From Diadema antillarum (taxonomy: Eukaryota), in NCBI RefSeq assembly GCF_040938485.1, contig NW_027270908.1:62001-126000 (forward strand): a stretch of DNA of 64,000 nt. The letters run 5' to 3'. Positions within the stretch are counted from its first letter, which is position 1, and the number at the start of each line of letters is the position of its first letter. The position numbers were made by a program, and so were the translations under genes. Of the stretch, positions 55,865-64,000 are shown piece by piece. The notes under the pieces were generated by a model. It saw only the letters and a list, made by a program, of their open reading frames with translations, was not told the origin of the DNA and did not search any database.

Positions 55865-58800
55865 TTAAACACATAAATAGAAATGAAATATGAATGTTAA
55901 AGTGTGGGAAATATTGCATTTAATTTCCTCATGTCATACTTTGTCAGACAAACACCATTGGGCTTTATCTTTCCAAAGTGTGATATCCTTCAGATTATAC
56001 TGTAAGTCAATAGTTTGAAGGGGGAGGGGGTGGGGTAGTATCCCTGGCAGCAACCACACATATCCATGAAGGCATGCTGTGCTGTTTATTCAGGGTGTGT
56101 GTAAAAATGGGCCTCCTGTTATATCAGGTGAATACTATTTCAGGATACCATGTTGAGAAACAAAACAAATACATACAAACGAACATGCAAACCAAAGCCT
56201 GTCGTGTGCGATAATATTGTGAAAATAAAGATTTAAAAAGCAGCTCTGATTTTACATGCCCTTGTAAATGTACATGTTTGGTTTGGGACTCAGGTGATGA
56301 CATTAGGGCTCTGAGAAATTTACTTGTACATATAACATGCAATTGTAGTAAACCATGTACATGTACAGTTTACAATATAGTTGATTTAATTAATGTGTGA
56401 ATGCAATACAAATGTTTTCAAAGTTCTCAGTATATAGTTTGTAAATCCACCGATTTTGTAATGTGTTGTACATTGTAACCCTGTATCTAATCATCAGCCT
56501 CTGAAATCATCATATTCCTGCTGTAGTTTGAATTGTATTTTTCCTACTTTTTTTGCTGACTGTTGTGGTACTTAACGGCTTGCTGGTGTGCCCCATGCAA
56601 GATCATTGATGCACTAAACAGTCACAATCTTGTTTCAAAGGTAATATTTGCCTCAAAGTCAAAATATCCTCAGTAAAGTCAAAGCAACTGATCAGTGAGA
56701 GCTTGAGAGAAATTCAAACAAAAAGACTTGATGTTAGAGTACCGGTAATGTCATGACATTTGGTGCTGATGAGCCAACAATATGCATATTTTGTATATTC
56801 TTTGTACTGCAACTGTGTAGATCACATCTATAGATTATAGTGTTGTTTGATTAGAAATGCTCTTTAAGAAGTCATGCACACCATTGAATGGAGAAACCAA
56901 ATGCATACAGTATATCTGTTTTTGTCATTAAAACTAACAAGCACAAAGCAACTGCAAAATCATTGTAGGCCCTGTAAGAATTGCATCATAACCCAGTCGC
57001 AATGAATATTTAAGTTGTGTTCACTGATTGTTAGGTTTAGGTGACGTAACGATATTCCAATAATTGCTACAAATTTTCAGTGCTGTGTTTGCTTCCCAGC
57101 ATTCACAGGCAATACCTGGTACATTTCTCTTTGGATTTTATTCTCCTTGATGCTATGCCAGTTTTGAGGATCAGAAAAGGGGGCCCCTCACAAATTGCCT
57201 TTAATTTACTATCTGATACTACTAGTCAGAAGAAGTTGCTAGACTATCAGTACCCTTGAACTTGTCATTGAGTATGTTAAACATTGGTGTTTTGTATGCA
57301 TACTGCTAGCAAATCATATAATTCTAAAGCCATTGTCCATGAATGTGGACATTTATAATCAATTTTAGCTGTGTCCACAGAGTCGGACTGCGTACTGAGG
57401 CATTACCCTACGTGCACCAGGTAAATGTAGCTTTGTGATCGGGGATCAAAGCGCGAAGCATGTACTTGTAGTGATGGGAGAGAGCCTATCTTGTGAGGAA
57501 ATGTGTATCTCACATTCTTTGTAGATATTTGACACATCACCAGCATTCCTGTGGTGCTCAAAGTGTCGTGATGGTATTTTGTGAATTACATTAGGCTGAG
57601 GAGCTTGCGGGAGCATTGCTGTCATGTCTTGCCCTCAGCGAGAGATGATTGCTCAATAACATGCACCGATCTTCACTGGCCTCCAGGGATGGGTAAACTA
57701 GCATTCCATCAAGCCGTGCATCTTCCACACACACAACTCACACAGATACACACAATCCATTATGTCTGGCCAGAGTAGCGATCAGCATTTCTAGACATCG
57801 TACACCATCAGTCATACATGTACAGTACATGTGCAATATAGCCCTCGCAGTTATTGCGCTGCATTGGGCTACGTGCTTATCTGTCAACAAGACTGTGTAA
57901 ATATTTATGCAGACCAATGTTCAGTGCCATGCCGACATTTTATGAAGGACCCCCTTTGGAACTGAAACTGCTCAGAAATTATGAATACATAATGCTGCAA
58001 AATTGCCCTTGCAGTAACCCGAGCTGACCTATAAGCTTAGGGAGGAAATTAGCCAAGCCATTAAATACGAGCAAGTAGATTCAGTATAAATGCAGAAAGA
58101 TCAGTGAAACAGTGAGCATTAGAGAAAAATTTGGCAGTCTTTTAAAAAGTTGTCACTTTTTATTTCAATGTTGATTTTCATAGTTCCTTGTGTGAGCCTG
58201 TCTAGATGGGAACCCTACAATTTATGATATCGGAGTACCAAACAATATCAAAACAATTTTGCAAGAATGTAGGTATGGGGAAAAAAAACCCAAACAAACC
58301 TGTATGAAGTACACACATTCCCTTTACTTACAACTGAGACATGTCAGGGCAAATATGATTCTAGTTCTACAGGCCTTCCAGAAGAGCTTCTCTTGATAGG
58401 TCAATTGCTGTTTGATCTCTTGCTGTCTATCTTTCTTTCTCTTGTCATTTGGTTTGGAAATTTTACCTTTGACCAACATACAAGAAGGACTACCACTTTA
58501 AAGTGATCAGTAATGCGTCATACACAGATGGTAAAGACAGACTTCAGATGGTCTGCATTCACACATACAATTGTGCATCAGTTTATTTTTGGCTGCTGTC
58601 ATAAAACCAGCATAATATCGTGCCCTAAGGTAATAAATTACCAGAGAAAATTCAATTCGTCAAGATTGCAGGAACTTTAACTACGATACGTTACATACAG
58701 TATATTTGAGTAGTGCCATAAAATAATGAACCTGAGTGAAGTTGATTTAAAATGCATTGGGCAATTTCACCCTGTTCGTGTCAGATGCAGGTTTTATGTA

Positions 58801-59359
58801 CAAGCTTTTAGTTCCCTTGTGGTATAGCAGAAACCCATATATCCCTGACCTTCCGCGCATGTGATTAGAAACCAAGATGCTGGGTAATGAATAATTACCT
58901 CACAGATTATGAATGGCATGTACTGTATCTGTCACTCATGATAGCATGCCATGTCAGTGAAATGCGTTCTGTACACATGGAGATCTCATTTCCATGGCTT
59001 GATTTTGAGGATAAATTACAATAATTTGATCATTCTAAACATCAATTCATGTATTACCTAAGTACTCACATGATGTTTATGCCTACAACTTTTTTCCCCC
59101 ATTGTTGGATTTCTTTGGAGCCATACAATGTAACTGCATGTAGTAGAAAAACACCTTTTCCTTTCTGCACAGTGTACATTTTATTTTGTGAGATCTTGTT
59201 CTTGTTTAGACTGCAAAATTGTCTCCTAATGTTCCATGCACATTAAGTGCATTAACCTCTGAAAAAAAAAACCAACTAAATGAATGAATAATATAAGACC
59301 GGGGAGGAATGAAATAAGAAAGCATGTACACACTATTAGTGTAAATAGGGTTTGCTTAA

Positions 59360-59911
59360 AGGTAGGGAATCCCATTTGCATGCATTAAATGAAGAGTTGT
59401 ATAAATACAGTGGTATGTTGAAGAGAGTATCATTTTAGAAACTCCCATAAAGTATTGAAAGTGGAAGGTAACATTTAGTACATTTTTATTGACCGTTAGA
59501 TTTTGAATTGAATTTTTTTCGGGGCTCACCGTAAATTCCAGTACATTACTAGGCTACCTTTGCAGACCCATGCACTGCATGTGTGTCCATCATGTATATT
59601 TTGTGAAGAAAGTTCAACAAAACTTACAAACATTTCTATATACATTCTTGCCACACACTCTATATGTTATTACATCAGCTCTTATACTTTTAGATTTGTG
59701 TTTATAGATAAAAAATACAGAAGACTGCAACAAAAAGGCTTAAGTGTGGCTGACACACAGAACTACTGAGTAGTTGAGTTTTGTGCATTATTCAAATTGT
59801 AGATAACTGTTGACTTCCAAATTTCTCAGCAGTGGCCTAAACAAGTCCCCTGAGGTTCATATTTAATGTTTTGCTGCATTTTGGGAGGTCTGTAAAAGGT
59901 ATTCCCTACCT
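59360..59911. mobile_element. Kolobok-like MITE
   Basis: TIRs AGGTAGGGAAT(C/A)CC, flanks TTAA/TTAG. Confidence 0.6.
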
Positions 59912-60189
59912 TTAGAATTATCACCAGTTGTATTTGTATTTTTCACTCAGAGTGAAGAAGTACTTGTGCCAAATACAGTGTCTTGACATTATCAAGTCCA
60001 ATTCAAAATTAGAAGGGGAAGCAATAATGGTACATTTGTGTTTGTTTGTTTGTTTGTTTGTTTGTTTGTTGTTTGTGCAGCAGTATTTACTGCATGTAAT
60101 ACAGTGTTGGTACATTGTATTTCCAAGTACACCATGTACACTTGTACAAATGTTTGCCATGATATGGCAAACACTTCTTTGAGGGGCCT

Positions 60190-60324
60190 CTCAAAATGCC
60201 ATGGACACCACATGTAAACAGGTCATCAATTCTAGTGTCAAGTGTTTAAGGGGCAGTTCTTTAATGCTGCATCTCAAAATGCCATGGACACCACATGCAA
60301 CCAGGTTATCAATTGAAGTGTCAC
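60190..60324. repeat. Short direct repeat, ~84-bp period
   Basis: CTCAAAATGCCATGGACACCACATG..ATCAATT..AGTGTCA occurs twice. Confidence 0.75.
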
Positions 60325-63300
60325 CTCACCCCGACTGTGTCAAAGCTTTTGAAATTTAGGCTTGATGCAAATTGACACAGTACATTGTATATCATTACCT
60401 TCATGACAAGCTGCCAGAAATATGCTCAGATGTTTATAAGAATTGAAAAACAGCACCCAGGACAGTGCTAAAGAAAAACTCCTCTCAGGAGAGTGTCAAA
60501 GAGAAACTCCACTCTACCCCCCCCCCCCCCAACTTTGCCGACTCTAATGTATGTTCATCTCCTGTTTTAAAACTCTCAAATAAACACCCAGATGAATGTT
60601 TCTCCTAAATTTGACAAAGAAGAGAGTTATAGAATGTTACCACATCGCATGCCTGTACTAAACAGCAAAAAAGACAAAAGTCACAATCTTGTGTTTAAGT
60701 AAAGATATGCTGATGATGGCAATACATGTATCTCACAAGGCGTCCCTTAAAGTCTTTATTGAATTTTCCATTTAATAAATGAATTAGGGAAAAAAAGTAT
60801 AGTAATGTACAATGTACATGCTTGATTATTTTGCTTGAGTGTAATTCAAAATTATGATTTTATAGTAACGATGAGTCTTGTATGGAAAGGTATTAAGTTA
60901 TTGATTTGAAAAAAAAAGCAAAAAATATTTTTTCTTTTGAGGGAAGTACATGCATATATGTACCTTGCTAAATCATTGACTTGAAAAAAAAAAGGGGGGG
61001 AGGGGCAAGATTTTTTTTCATTCATACCAACATCCAGGCATGTATGCAATCTGCCAAAGCAAGGCATTGTATGTATACAGCGTAACATGTTGAGTCATGT
61101 CAGTTTCAATTCACTCTTTTTTTAAATCCTCAGTTGTTCCCCACCCCCCCCCCCCAAAAAAAAAATAAGGTACAGGGTAACTGTGGTAGGAGGCTGGCCT
61201 GATGATGAAAATATTGTCGAGTATTGAAGTGCTGGTGCCTCCCTTGTGATGCTGGATGTAGTGCCCTCGTCTGCTTGGGGGTGGGGCCATGCTATTAAAG
61301 ATCTTTGAGACCTGCGTATGATTCATCAATTCAGATAGTGGCCAGGGATGGGGTTTCATTGTATCAGGTGGCACTGACGGTGGACGTTAGCGGGTGCAAT
61401 AGAATGTACACTGTACAAAAGAAATCCCTGCATTATGCATGCCACAAAAGCTGCAGGTGGGATACAAAATCAAACAGAATAAGAAAAATGCTGTAAAATA
61501 TACCAAACTCCTCTTTTTCTCAGCCTGAATTTGTCTAGTACTGCTATCTTTTTGATTGCCGCATTATTGGCAGAGTTCATATCTATGCCAAATATTTCAG
61601 AGTGATTTGCATGTACACGTATCTGATAGTATTTTTCAAATGCAGTTTATGTAGCTGTATATTCGTCCATCTATTCTAGAATAAATCAAGCAAACTACTG
61701 TAGTGTAAATCTACAAGCAGATATCTTTAATTAGAACTGAATGATAGCTGATGTGGTATTTACCACAAAATGTACAATCTGCTTGTAAAAGCTACAGTAT
61801 ATCACGTTGGATAAATGTGTTTGGTGTGTAGCAAATGTAAATGACTGCAACCGTAACAGCAACATGTGAATCACCATCGGCAAAGTAATCACGTTATCTT
61901 TGGTAGGTACAACTAGTAGCAGTCAGTCACATGCTGTGTGTTTTTTTCCCTACCACACTTGATGTAAAGCCATATTCACTCTTTGAATGCTTCCCATATC
62001 AAGGCTCTTGACATCTTGCCTCAATCTCATGATTCTAAATATGAACGTCTTTACTGTGATGTCATTTTTCATGGAAAAAAAGTAATCACTACAAACCAAA
62101 GCACATTATTGAGCATGGCGGGGACCAGTGCTGTTCCACAACATTTTTTGTGTGAAATGTTCAATATTCTGTATGGATTCCTTTCTTCTTTATTGGTCTG
62201 TGCCAACACTCCTGTGCATACTTGACCCGTTGAGGACAGGCTGATTTTGCTACAACACAAATTTCCCGTAGACACTTGCCTGAGTGTACTCAGGACTCGT
62301 CCTCTACAGGTTAAGAGTGTCTTTTACCTATGAAACACAAATTTGTCTTTGATAGAAGGTTCTGAGAAATAGCACACCAATTTTGATACACCTGCATCAG
62401 TTTGCTGCAGTTATGTTTGATAGTGATGAGTTCTTCAGTGAAGTGATATATATATATATATATAATACATACATAATTTGTACATGTAAAACTGTACAGT
62501 ATGTATGCATGACATCATAATTTACTGCTTCTATGCAGCAAAGAGGAAAAAGACTTGTGACCGGAACATTCAACAGTCAACATCATTCACAGTTGCGGAC
62601 TTCTGCACAGTACACAGATGAAAGAGAAAGGGCAAAGTTGGATTTTGATAGGAAATGACTCCTGAAGTGTACAAAACCCACTGTCTGTACAAAGAGGATG
62701 TGTGATTGTGTGTATGTGTTTCGTATAGTGAGTGTATATTTTTTATATATATTTTTTTCCCCACTAAGTCCCACTTCCTTTTCAAGCTGCTATCTGTGCA
62801 CTATATCCGCACCAACCTAAACTATGAAGGCAAAAACCAGCCACCACACCTGCCACTGAATTTACTCCTGCATTTAAGCATGTGGCTGTAAGTTAAGAAC
62901 AAGTAGGGCCTATGTTTTTCAGTGTGTGTTCTTCTTGATTGCAAAAATATTAGAGAATTTACCCCTCCAGGAAAGTAATTTCTGGAGAGATCAGTAGAAC
63001 AAGAAACCGATAACAAAAACTTCATGTAAAATCCAATAATATTTATGGTTTATTTGTGAGAATGTCAGTTTAAAGTCATCTATCAGCAAGTCATTTTTTT
63101 AACAACTTACTAATTACTATACAATTGTAAAGCTGTCAAAATGTATGTTGGTCTTTCATCAAAAATAAGAAAACATAATTTTTTTTTAATAATAAAAAAA
63201 AATTATGAAACATGACACAGCATGCATAGTATACACTTAAAGTACCCCTTTTTTAAACAATACAATTTTGGCAATGATGATATGTTTCGTTTTATTTTTT

Positions 63301-63671
63301 ATTATTATTACCATTCATCAAAATGCTTTTTTTAGGTCTGTAGAGGGAGGCAGTACGGAGACTGCCATCTGGGTCATGTGACTGTGATGTTAGTTTTTAT
63401 AGGTTTTTTTTTTTTGTGACAAATTTCACATTCACAGAAAAGACAGCACCATTGCTTTAATCATTCAAAGTACATGTCAAGGACGAAATCGTCATTCAAG
63501 TGTACAGCCCTGTGCATCCTGTATTGTAGAAGTAAATTAGAACCTTACTCCCAACTTAGGAAAAAAACAGAAGATCATGTGTTTGGCACAGTGTATATTG
63601 GAAGCAAAAATTTCTATGCATGTGACATCATACAGGCAATGAGTGAAGATAATAAATTACAATGTACCTGC

Positions 63672-63884
63672 TACTGTAAAAGTGGTTTCTTTCGCGGTGG
63701 TTTATATTTGCGCTTTTCGTGCTTTGAGGTTGAACCACGAATTTAACATCACGCGAAAATGTTTTGAACTCGTCGCTTGTGCAACGCTATCATTACCGAC
63801 CGCGAATTTAAACACACGCGAAAAAGTCCGCACTAATGGAAACCGCGAAAGTTTCTGTACGCGAAAGAAACCACTTTTACAGTA
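63672..63884. mobile_element. TA-flanked MITE (TACTGTAAAAGTGG family)
   Basis: IR TACTGTAAAAGTGGTTTCTTTCGCG at both ends; same size (213 bp) as the 40306 copy. Confidence 0.75.
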
Positions 63885-64000
63885 TACAAATTATGTACAT
63901 CTCGTCAATTTGTATAATTTCTCCTTGATTAACTAATCTTATCCAGATATATGCATGTATACCCTTCATTTTCTAATGGCTTTAATTCCCATGAGACAGT

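Noticed and set aside
51745-64000. Further p38 exons or another gene
   Set aside because: No VAIKKL/RPFQS-like or other recognisable peptide; treated as the long first intron of p38.

Overview
Eukaryotic (intron-rich, AT-rich, invertebrate-deuterostome-like; echinoderm is my inference only) genomic window with three host loci and many transposons. (1) + strand, 6413-28201: a 14-exon Flamingo/CELSR-derived gene that I could splice by hand into one open frame of 1454 aa. It has a signal peptide and furin site, but only 5 cadherin repeats (EC1 joined to EC6-EC9). It then runs through the EGF/LamG, laminin-EGF and HormR domains and stops, with no GAIN or 7TM exons visible, so the predicted product is a secreted CELSR ectodomain. 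An inverted, head-to-head second copy of its first exon lies at 5770-4789. (2) - strand, 50998-32078: AUH (methylglutaconyl-CoA hydratase) with a tandemly duplicated 180-nt active-site exon that looks mutually exclusive. (3) + strand from about 51593: exon 1 of a p38 MAPK, head-to-head with AUH. Mobile DNA includes a very young intact Ty3/Gypsy (Mag-type) element with identical LTRs nested in a MITE, and a full-length I-group LINE with RNase H nested in another TIR element. There is also a Penelope-like end carrying a minimal hammerhead ribozyme, a tRNA-derived SINE and at least a dozen MITEs. All calls are by eye; no alignments or database searches were run.
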